A DNA stretch of 64,000 nucleotides from Phoronis australis (lineage: Eukaryota; Animalia; Phoronida). A program made the position numbers and the translations under genes. Below the pieces are notes generated by a model. It did no database searches. It was not told the DNA's origin and worked only from the letters and a program-made list of their open reading frames with translations. Shown here piece by piece: positions 38,801 through 50,800 of this stretch (positions are counted from its first letter, which is position 1; each line of letters begins with the position of its first letter). The stretch is taken from the NCBI GenBank assembly GCA_002633005.1, contig NMRA01000206.1, positions 207,250-271,249 of the forward strand. Reading direction: 5' to 3'.

Positions 38801-41800
38801 CATCTACCTGGTCCTTTTAGTCCACATGGCCTCAAGAAATAACGAATTGTCGATTCTTACCAAGCTCTGAAATCTGAGTTAAGATAGCAACAATATATTT
38901 CCATATCAGCCAGAGAGTAAACAGATTGATGACAGAAGGCGGACTTATTCAGTATACATGTATGCCCATGTTTACCGAGAGTTCGAGTTTCTCAATAGTG
39001 TTGGAAATGATACACACAGATTATACTTTTCAAACAAAAGAGTGTGAGCTCGTTGAAGAAAGACGGCTAAATGAGCTTAAGACTTCCAGCACTAAATTCC
39101 CTCTAAGGTCATGTTATAAGGATGGTACTTCTATGAATTCTATGACAAAAGCTTAGTACAACAATATGATTATTTATAAGAAACATTTATTTCAAACGCA
39201 GTTTGGTCATGTTATTGATATCATCGTTCTACAACGGTTAGTTATTGCTTAAGTTTTAGTACAAAGCATGGGAACGTTCGTCAAAATCGAATTCTTCACG
39301 CTTGTTACTTTCAACAACTTGTACTCAGTTACGTAGCTTTGTATATAATTGGGCAAATGCTCACATGATTCATAAAACTAATTAAACTAGGGCGGCGCAC
39401 CTTAGGGGACTGGGGGGTTATAGCCATCTCATTTTGTCAGTGCTGCGCCGCCCACGGTCTATGGACAGAACACCACAGGGGTCTGAGGGGAGCTACAGTA
39501 TAGCACCCCACTTTTTCAGTGCTGCGTCGCCCATGATGAATGACTACCAATGAAAACAAAAACGGCAATAAGAGACGGCTTTAAAGTGAGAACTAGAAAC
39601 GAAACGGGGACGAAAAGAAGCGAACAGGAATCCTTAGTATTTGTAATTGCCTGTAGCCACACCACCCCAAAGGCAATGATAAAACACAACGTTATCAGGC
39701 GCGGTTGCGGTAGGACTGCGATAGATGGCGCTAGCGTATCTTGCCGTCCAGGAATACGTTTGTCAATCTGACCGTCCGCGACGCCAAAACAGGCAAAACG
39801 CAACATCACTTGACGCGCACTTTTAAGAGCAGAGACCATGATGCGGGTATGTAGGGAAAGCCTAAAGTATGCAAAGCCCTGAACGGGTTTGTTAAACCAG
39901 TGAAATAGTGGTTCACTTGTCCAAAACATCTCAAGTAGAGATGTGAAACCTTAAAGTATAAAACCTGAGACGGTAATTGAAGAATTGAGATTCTAAAAAC
40001 TTGGTGCATTTAGCTGAAAAGTTAGAAAACCGCTTCCCCTGTGCAGTTGATCATTAAACGCACCGACTTAACTGAAGTTATTCAAGAAATTGCTTGGAAG
40101 GAAAAGGGATGTTCTACCATATAAATCCCGTGAGAATTTCAAAGCTAATTTAACAAAGTTAATTGCAAGAAGTTCTGCAATTTTGCGAAATTAGTCGGGT
40201 CTCGCTTTCATAAAACCGTGGAGTGTTGAGTAGAATGATAAGAAATGTTGTTTTCGAAGGTGCATGAATTTTCGTTTCCTTCAGGCAATTCATAAAAAGT
40301 AAAATTCAATGTCATTCACCTGTGGCGGCCATTTTGTTGGTGAGCCACCCGAAATTCAAATTTTGTTTTGAAAATTACGTAAAAAATGATTACGTGCAGA
40401 AAGACCATCATTTGTTAAAACTAATACTCGTTTGAATTCAAATTACTTAAATGAACTTTTTAGCTAAACGTAAGCGTAAAGTACTAGACAAAGCATATTT
40501 AATATGAATGATAATCAAATATAAATACAAGCAAAGAAGAAGTGTGCTCGATGTCAAAACAGCGACCCCTTAAGGGTAACACTTAAAAGTCGTAAATACA
40601 ACTAAAAACCTTATTGAAAAGCTTTATCCTACATATACAAAAACAATGTAGATACATCAAGCTTTCGCTCATTATACAGATCGTTCTCTACATTACCGAA
40701 TATGTCGTCCATTTCTTTGAGGAGCTTTTTTTGCACATCCGGGTTCCGACCGATACAGTGAATTGCAAAACACGTTGCCGCGGTGACTGTGTCGTGACCC
40801 TGGAAGAAACGAACACTGAAGCATTGTACGCCTGAGATAATTCGGATGAATCGTTGGCTGTTTTGTGGTTGTCAGTGGCAACTACTCAAACATTTCACTT
40901 CATAAATCTGCATTCTGAAATATACAGGTCTGTCTTTTGATTTGTGGGACGACTTACCAATAAAAACACGCTGGTGGGAACAAACTTCTTATCCAGATTA
41001 AAAATAATTCCACGGCTTATGGGTAGGCTAAAGTGTCAGTTGCTTACTGTTCAAGACCATATGTTCGTCACAAAATGGCCATCATTATTGTTACGCGAAT
41101 TGCGGAGTTTGGTCTCTCGCATTCAGTTGTCGGTCTGTTCTCCGAAAGCTTTCGCTGGTTCCGTGCGTGTCCACTAGGGGATAGAACAGGCAGGTGTCAT
41201 TTATTTTTTTATCGGGAATTTTTTATACCGGCGTTTCTGATTGACTGGTCAAATTCTCAACAGGTAGCGCTTTGCGTAAACAAACTGGCACTACTGATGG
41301 AGGAAGTGTAAATGTAGATACGTTTGTGGTCTTTTGTACAGACAAATCGGTGCTTAATTCATGTTCAAATTAATGTGAATCAGAAAGTTGTGGTTGCGCC
41401 TTTTCGATGTACATTTTTCTACTGTTGGTGACTTTTGTTTACGTTACTGTCCTGTATTCACACAGTATGAATAACGCACTGGTTAACTCAATCTGCCAGA
41501 AGTGTGTACAGTGTACATTGCATGTGCTTCAAGCACGCGGCAATTAAACATTACTTCAGAAACGAAATAGTTGCTGTCGCGCCACTTGCATGACAAGGCT
41601 AAAAATCGTTCATAGTCTGCCATTTTTATTTGTTGTAAAGCTAGCCGATGAGGTCTGCCGAGGTAACATCAACCAGTGATAAAATGCGTTTTCCTGAATG
41701 ATACCTGCATGTTATCTTCCCCCTAGGAGAACCAGAGTCTGAAGCCAAGATCTCATTCTAAATCTGAGATAGGGGCAAATTGGACCAGTTTTAACGGCGC

Positions 41801-44800
41801 GTGGTGAAAGAAAATCTGCAAAGTTAGTTTGACTAAAGACGGGTTTATAGCACCCAGACACCAAGCTGCGGCAAAACTGGACTGGAGAGCGTTCCGTGGA
41901 GCAAATTTCATGCGGTAAAAGCCAGATATTGCTAGAGCTCGGAAAATCATGCCACTGAAATCGAGTGTTTGCGAGTATACGAGGGAGCTTACTGCCATAT
42001 CCTAGCACATTTCTACCACTGAAGTGATTGGTCATTGACGTAGGACTATTGATTCGTGGGAAGGAATTTATTATTCCCATTCAAAAAGCGTTTTTTTTCG
42101 CCGAAAATGCAAGCTTCACGTAATATCTTGTGGGTACAGAACCTAGTGCTGCATGCTGCTGACTTTATGTAGAGCGGTCTCAAACGGAATTAGAGAAATG
42201 TACAGTATAGATGAGGTCAGCCACTCGGAAAAGTAAATGAGAAGGCATCAGCGTTAGTGTTTTGGTTTGATTTCTTAAATAAACTTGCACACTTTGGTTA
42301 TGATGTAGGTGTTCCTGGGGTATTTCTCTTTGCGCCCTGTCGGTAGAATATCTCATCAGAATTTTTGATCATGATATTCTGGGGTGGAGAACCGACCAAA
42401 GTAAATGTTGAAATTTACTATTTTGAAGCAAAGTTGATGATGGTGTATAGTAGAGCGGACTGCAATGCCTGTTCGAGTTACCAGACAGTAACACCTTACT
42501 TCGAACATAAACGTGTCCGTTTCCTCTTGTATTGCCTCAAGCGATAAGGGTGCGCCGTCTTCCGTAGAGCTCAGCAGCATGTCCAGAAACGCCATACGTT
42601 TCCTGCGTCCTAGAACATCCTGTTCCTTTTCCTCGACGCTTCCAACATGCTTACCGGAAATGATCTCATTGTTGAGAGCAGCTTGACGTTCTTTGATGAC
42701 CTGCACAACAATGCTTCATACTAAACTAAAGCAGCCTCCTGTGGTAGTAACAGTTACTTGGTTACATATCAGCATTAAAGATGTACTTCCCGTTGCCTCT
42801 CATACGTTTAAGTGGAGTAGCTTGCAAATATTGAAAGTCAAACTTGGAGGCCATGCTGCCTAAATGGTCCTGATGTTCTATCAGACAATTTCAACATGGC
42901 GCTGCTATTTCGGACACGTGCTATTCATGCATATAGTCAGTGAACGTAGTGTACACATTTTCACTGATCCGGAGTGAAGAAGAATATTGATCAGGTGCAA
43001 CAAATCGCCCCGACGCGTCACTGTGTTGCAATCTGAATTCCTCAAAGGACATTTAGTGAGTAGGCCTATTTATGGCGTCGTTGCAAGCTTTTTCAACGGA
43101 AATCCGTGTAGTATAAAACTTACGATTAGACATTCAACATTTGATGACGATATTAAATTAAAACCCGAGAACTAGTATCAAGAATTTGCATTGGAGGACT
43201 CGTGTAACTGTGTTCATTTTTATGGATTCTAACTGTCCTCTAGTAGACGCTTAAAAAGGTATGCAGCAATAACGACATGCCCATCTAAACTATTACTTTT
43301 CTTACTGTGTTAGTGAAGCCCCCCGTAAACATATGCTTTGTGGAACATAATTTACACACCTTACGAGTGAAACCAGTCAGTGTTTTAAGGGCTTCTTCCT
43401 GCTTGCGGTAGTCATCAAACCATCTAAATAGGGCATCCGGCTGCTTCCAGGGCATGCGCCATCTCTGAGTTATGACGTCACCTAACCTGACACAATGAGG
43501 ATACGATAATAAAGAAAACAGAATTAACATAGCGCAGACTGATAGACATGACGTGTAACAATTAATATTACATGTCTATGTTATGTTATGTTATGTTATG
43601 ATTTCTGCGTATGCGTGAACTTAATCCAGTGCCCATGTATTGAAATAAAAGATTTGATTTTTCGTCAGTTTTTCTCGCGTAAACCTGCCTTAAATTAAAT
43701 GTTATGTCAGTATTTTTTTCTGTTCGCGCTGTTTTTAAATTAATCACTTAATCTTTTAATGAAGCATGTCAATTGTTCGCAAGTAAGCCGACGTGGAAAG
43801 TCATAAGTGCTGCATACATTCGGTTAAATAACTCGATAAACAGCGGTATGATACTAAAAGCGCACGTACTGTTCAGGTTATTTTTTCAATTCGAAGGACA
43901 CGTTTGTTTTCGCCTATTAATATCGTTTAAACCTGATCCTCGTACTTCAGTAAAACAAAATCAATGCTCTGTACACCTCGCCAACTCTCAAAAAGGGGGA
44001 GCTTCGAGACGAGCGCCTGGTGAAGGGCGATTTAATCTATATTTACTCAGTTCCGTAATTTAAACACGAATCCGCATACGACTTTTGGACCCCTTCCTAC
44101 ACATTCCGAATGTCGTGCACATCTCTAAGTCGCGACACAACGCAATCGATTAGTCGTATAGGATTAAGTCGTGTTTGAAAAGTACGCAGGCATGTGTAGA
44201 TAGGGCTTAAGTCGACGTCTGTGAACCGTTCACATGTTACACTTTGTGACACAGTGAGGTGCGTTTTAGCAGAATGGTGCTTTTATATCTCGTCGGCTTT
44301 GTACATGTACATGTACAATAGCAGTTGGCAAAACTGGGAATGTGTGAAGTCACCAATATCGTCTTCAGAATCATCTGCTATAAACTTACTCCGCTATAGC
44401 TTTGACGTAATCTTTGTTACAGGCACTCTGCGTGTCTAGATGGCAACCCATAGCTGATTCTGAAACCACATTGTAAATGCATTACCCAATCACCAGTCTT
44501 GAAACAAAATGCCAAGGACAACTGAGACAATTTGACATAGTGTTCACATGTATATATCGAGTAGAAAAAAAACATCTTTTCGCGTTAGAACCTCCTTCGC
44601 AGCATCGCATGTTGCGATAGTCTGCTCAAGGTACATCCACGACGTGCACTTCTCGCTGAATTTAGTGTGATGGCCTGTCGAGCAAAAATCACGAAGTTGT
44701 TAATCCGCCATTGAAACAGATGGCAAATGAGGAAATAGAATTTCTTTGGAAGGAGTGGTGAACTGAAGAGCTACTGCTAATAAATGACCTGTTGTATGTG

Positions 44801-47800
44801 TGCTTCCAGGTCCTGAGTAATGACATCCCTTGTCTTCCGGTACAGCGGGGATCAAACGATCAAATGAACAACAATCTTTAAACAATATGCAGTGTGCTGT
44901 AGTGGTGCGTAGGCGCACGTATGCGCAGCCAACCACCTTTTGGCATTTGAACGTAGCGCCTAAGGACCGCAAGTTACGTTCAGTGTTCAAGGTCATACGG
45001 TGGGCTTTGGGCGCCTACCTACAGTGTACCTCTAATTTTACCACTACAGCACAAACAATAATGCTCACCACAAATGATGTCTAGAGAGCACAAGTTGATA
45101 AATGGCCAAATATCGAAAGTAGGGCCGTTAGACATCTTGGACAACTTGGCCACAAGTATCCGAGATTGCTCGTTGAAGACATCCGTGAAATCTTCCAGAA
45201 TTTTGAAATGGAAAGATGGTGTCAGCAGTCTTCGGCGTGACTTCCACTTCTGCCCGGTGCTGTTGAGGACAATATTCATCAAGCAACGTTCTCGGAAATT
45301 TAAAAGGAAACTTCCGTTAAGCATTGTGCCTTGGTACATGTAATTTTGAACTACACCTTCCCATTGACCTTTAAACGAATAGCGTGAGACACCATCATAC
45401 ACAAAGAATTATGAGATTATGGCCATCTAAAGCACCATCGATCTGTAAAACTTGCTTTATTTTTGAAGTATTTCAAACAGCCAGAAGATCAGTCTGCCAT
45501 AGACGCGAGTAAACAGGTATAGCAACTATTCAAAATCAACTACCATGTTACCAAGCAGACGATAGCCTACGGGACTCTTACTGGATTCTTGAATGGATGG
45601 CTCGTATCCCACAAACCTACGCTCCGCAAAAAAGATTAATAAGGAGAAAGATATCCCTTTCAAGCAAAACGCCAATCGAAATGGGGTCACCAATCTCAAA
45701 GCTATAGATGTAGCCATTGTCTAATATAGCGGCGACAAAATGAAATACAACTTGCAGAATAGTTGGCGGTCAACGTTTTGTTTTTCGTGCGGGATTTTAA
45801 TGGAGTCGTGGATGTCTCAGCGTTTTTAATAATTTTTGAGGCCATGGGGCCGCCAAGTTGCCGTGGTTTTCCGATGGATATTCAGATGACACACACAACT
45901 TTCCAACGTCTCAAGATGTCCGCCGGTGAATGAACGAGCTTGCGTTAAAACCTTGACTACTTGGCCCGTCTCACAACTTATCAAATTTAAAAATTGATTA
46001 AGAAAATGACGCTTTCTTTGTCAACACAGAGCTAGGGAAGTTAAGGTGAAATCGCAACAGCGATGGCGATCGTCAAAAGAATCAATGAACGACATTAACT
46101 CCGCCTTCTGTCATGTGCAACCAAGAACGCTACAGTAACTCACCGTATTGAAAACCCAAAACGAAAGGTTCCGCACCAAACATACATCTATGGAAAAACT
46201 GTCACCAGATGAAAGGAAGACTGGCTGGTACCACGTGACCGGGGCTTGAAATTTTCCCGATGTTTACTATGCTTTGTGCGTTCTTGTACCGGTTCGTGTT
46301 CATATTCAAATATATGATCAACACACATCACGAATTTCTGTCCGACCGGTCGGAAATTGGTCGACGACCGGTTGTCTAATTTGCCGGTCGTTGCTCCTAG
46401 CCAACCGGTCGGACAAAAATTCGTGATGTGCGCTGTAGTTTTGGCTACACAAGTACAAACGTGTAAACGGTAAATATTTGTTCAATTAACATGACCTCAT
46501 CTACACAAACAGAAGTCATTTTATCATAAGTTTTCTTATTGTTATAAATTTCCATAAGGCCGATTCCTCCACCGTACATGTTCGATGTGTAACGTAATCA
46601 GTTTAACAATTCAGATTGTGACACATCTTTTCGCATAATCAAGCCAGAAAAGGCAACAATACTCTGCGTGTCTAATGATGACAGAGCAAAAGATAATACC
46701 TGGTAAGGAGGCCATCGTTCAACCAAGGCCTGATGAATTTATATTCGCGTGCCTTTGTAATCAATTTGTTACTTCCCATAAGAGCCTGAAAAATAACTTT
46801 TTGCAGTGTCGTATTGGGTACGCATTAATAGCACTGCCCACTTGCAATACATCAAATGATGACGACCTCAGACAGGTTTTTAACTGTTGTGGTTCAACTT
46901 GGAATCGCACTTGATCCCAAGATCGTTTACAAGTATGCGTCAACCTGGAATACCCGAGTAAATTTGGTAAGGTCACTCAAATAATCACGTTCACGTTGCT
47001 AAACAATATTGCACTGCATTAGAATAAATCACGTGTTCATAAGATAATGTAATGCTATCATGTTTTTACTTTTAGCCGATGAAACTCTTACTCAAAACCA
47101 AAAGCAAACAAAATGAGCTAATTCACTCGGGGAATTTTGATCTCGTAACTGAAATGTAAGATAACATAACAACAGCGTGGGCCTAAGTGTCAGTCTTCTT
47201 ATCTCATTCGATGTTTCATTGATCCACGCACAAACACTTGAAATTCGCACACAAAATGTGAGAGATTGCTGGAAATGTTCCCTACACCGTGACGCAAAAA
47301 ACATCGTTAATCAGTAGAACTCGGGATCGATGGAATGCCCCCTATTAAATGGAAACGGTATCCTCAAGCCACTCACATTATCATTGCTCATTCTGCACGT
47401 TTTGACAGTTTGCATAATGAAGAATCTGTTTTCAACGTGCTCCACACTTTACGGTGGTCAACCACATTAGTTTTGGAGGACCATATACATAGTTTTACAT
47501 GTGCCTACATTTGTACGGGCAAACAAAGTACCTCGTAAATGTCACTGCCGAAGACAAATACCATAGGCTTTGGTCCCATCCATAATCTGAACGCCTTGTT
47601 CCGGTTGAATTCTGTGGCAAAGTCAAACATCTGTCGAAAAAAATCTGAAAAACAAAAAGGCCAAATTCAATTGCAATTTGAATTACTGGCAAAAAGGCAA
47701 GCTACGCGTAACACAATAATCAGAGCTGACTGGCACCGTGTTTTCCCCGAGAGCTTGTACAGTGCTCATGAGCACGTGACCACCCAAATTTACTCGAAAA

Positions 47801-50800
47801 CTGACCAATCGAAGATTTTTTTTCAATGCTTTCTCGACACCATTAGTTCCTGACCTCGCGGGAACCAATCGTTGGGCAGATTATCTCGGTACTTAGTTAC
47901 GTTAATCACCGTCTCCTATTCGCTGCGTTCTAAAATAGTCGGAAATTCTCTCACTTCCTGCTACACAAGTGTAATAGTAGTTTATATAAACTGGAAAACC
48001 TAGGATTTCGCGAGTGGAGGCGACCACAATTTCCAAAGGACACACTTTTGTGATAGGGACCGGCGACGTCCTGACGGACGGTCTGCGCGCCTGAACCCAC
48101 TGAGCCTACATGTATACATGTGGCATATCATGAGTTTTGATAAGATCGTCAATAACCAACTACAGGAGAGTACGCCTTAGGATGTGCATTGGGAACCCTT
48201 TTCCCAGTGATTTTAACGCTGTTGATGACGTTACAACCCGGTGCTACGTACAGATTAATTTGATGCCACACGATGTTCGTCAGACAATAGGTAGCGCAGC
48301 AGGGTCCTAACACAAGCGCCATCTTTCTTAGGCTACATACAAGTGTACCAAAAGAGAGGCGAAAAGAATGGTACCAATATCTGGAGTCAGGAATATTGAT
48401 GGTACCACTGGTACCGATTAATAAATATGTTTCTCTTGGTTGCCCACGACTGAAAGCGCTTTCCCATTAGGGTAACTTCGGTTTACCGAAGCGTCAACAA
48501 ACTTCGATTACTTTTCTCACTTTACAAGCGTTATCGAAGTTATCGCCATGACAACAGACCGATGCAATTCATCCGTACTCTCAGACGAATATTGACTAGT
48601 GGGTTTAATTTGAGAATATCTGAAAATTGTTCGCCTACCATTTTCGAATCTTTATGAAAATGATCAGCGTCATTCTTCATTAGATATGCGTTCTTTAAGT
48701 TATTTAGGTCCTTCTATTGACAGCACGTCAGCTACACTACAATAATAAAGAACACATTTTGCGAGTCTCGCATGAATGTATAACGTTGCCACGACCTCTA
48801 CCGATAACCTCCACGAAGCTTAGTTCTCTGTTAGCGTTCCCACTACACGGAAGCTTCGGTGAGTGCCGAAGTTTCGCTTTTAAATCCAACTATTTTATGC
48901 GATGTTACGCAAGCAGACTAACTACCGGAGTTAACCTTTCCCACTGATCGAAACTTCCGTGAAAGCGCAGCTTCGCTTCTAATAGGAACGCAACTTATTA
49001 CTACAAGTATATGCGATTAGGACCACAATCTCGAAATTCGTGGAGTGTCAAAAATGGGCTCTGAGTATCTCCTCATAATTTCAGTTTATAGATTTCGTCT
49101 ACAGAAAGAGCTCGCAGTTAAGAATCAGATTTAATAATAACCGTAATTGAATGTGTTTACATTTCCAAGAATAAAATTCCTTTTTTTCTTTCCGTTGGTC
49201 TTTTACATTCTTGGAAGCATCAAATTAACAATGATTGCAGAATGATAAAAGCACGAGTGAAGTGGAGGTACGTATTTTATGAAAAATTTGCGCTTGCAAC
49301 ATATTAAGCCAACCTTTCCGATACATGTATATTTTTGTTAGGTCGAGTGAAAATATGTTTGTTTGTTTTTTAAACAATTAAAAGGTTCAATTTTCAATGA
49401 TGGATTTTATTATTATAGTCTGCAGTGCCTTAAATGGTCACGAAAAAATGCTGCCACAAAGAGACACCAGTTATCATTTAATTCCCTAATTCGATTTTTG
49501 TATATGCCACTGGTGTCAGACCGCCAGTCCATTTTTCAAGACAACTCAAACTATCGGCGGCACGATAGTTTCATAGACCACACTAGCGCCTCTGAAGGCG
49601 GTTTGGTCCCATTCCCATACAGTTGTTTGCAACGCCCACCTGTGACCAGAGTGGAGTGGAATTGTCAGGCAGAAAACAGGTCACAGGAACGAATCTATCT
49701 CCGTGCACTCCGTCACACTTGCGCTTCAAATCAGTAGCTGTAGTTCGCCAGTAAGCCTCGCTCACCATCCCGTTTCTTTTTATCTCGTTTCATAGACCAA
49801 ATTTGTGTTCTAGAGCATACATGTAAGAAAATTCCTCATAATTGTGTTGATGAAATCAACATTTCGTGAACACGCTTAAAAAAAATCCACCAAACAGGTG
49901 ATGTTAATCTTGATTGTTTACCTTTTCAAACTTTAAGTTACAAGTGAATGTGTCATTAAAAGGTGGTGAAAATTTTGCACTTAGGCCCATACAGTGGAGA
50001 AGATTATACTATCATACTTCAAGGACGCTCCCTATTGGAGAGTCAAATGGAAATTCGGTTTTGAAAAAATGCACTTACATAAATCATAATTACAAATCAA
50101 CATTTTTCTCAAACAATATGTTCAAGCGTAGGGTGTCTGTCTACCATATGAATTCCGCCTTGCATGTACTGTCCTTCAAATCCAGGATGTCATAAGCGAA
50201 TGACGAATCCATGCAACTCACAACGGTTTACCCGAGAAAATTAACCTCTTGCTACGGTTACTTTAACCAGTAAGGAAAGTACCAGGGTGTTCTCGCCCTC
50301 CGCAGAATGAAGAATCTTGACCAAGCACTTTGAACTACATTCTTGAGCTGCTAAAGTCACACGAGTGACCACAGGTCACGCAAGTTCATGAACCAGGCAG
50401 TGAATGTCCCTGATGAGTGTCGAATTTGTCATATTGTGGAAAAAAATCTTTGTGTCCGACGTTGAATCAACTCTGTGTTTAAAGGACCCTTTTGTAATAA
50501 TTATAATTAACCTATAAGAATTAAGATGAAAGCGTTCAGAAAATCTACAAAGCTGTTATGGTTGCCCGGGTAGTGAATGTAACCATGGTGTCCAACATCC
50601 AAGTTGGTCAAATAAGTCGATTTTGGCTGTTCAGTCACCTAATTTTTTCAGCGAATTCAGTGGTCAATACTAGTCACTTACATTAACATTCACTCGTAAA
50701 ACTTTTAAAACAAATCATTTTACCAAGTCGTAAATTTCAGTTTCAACTTAGAACCATATAATACCGGGAGATTACATGTATTTGGAGTTGTGGCAGACAC

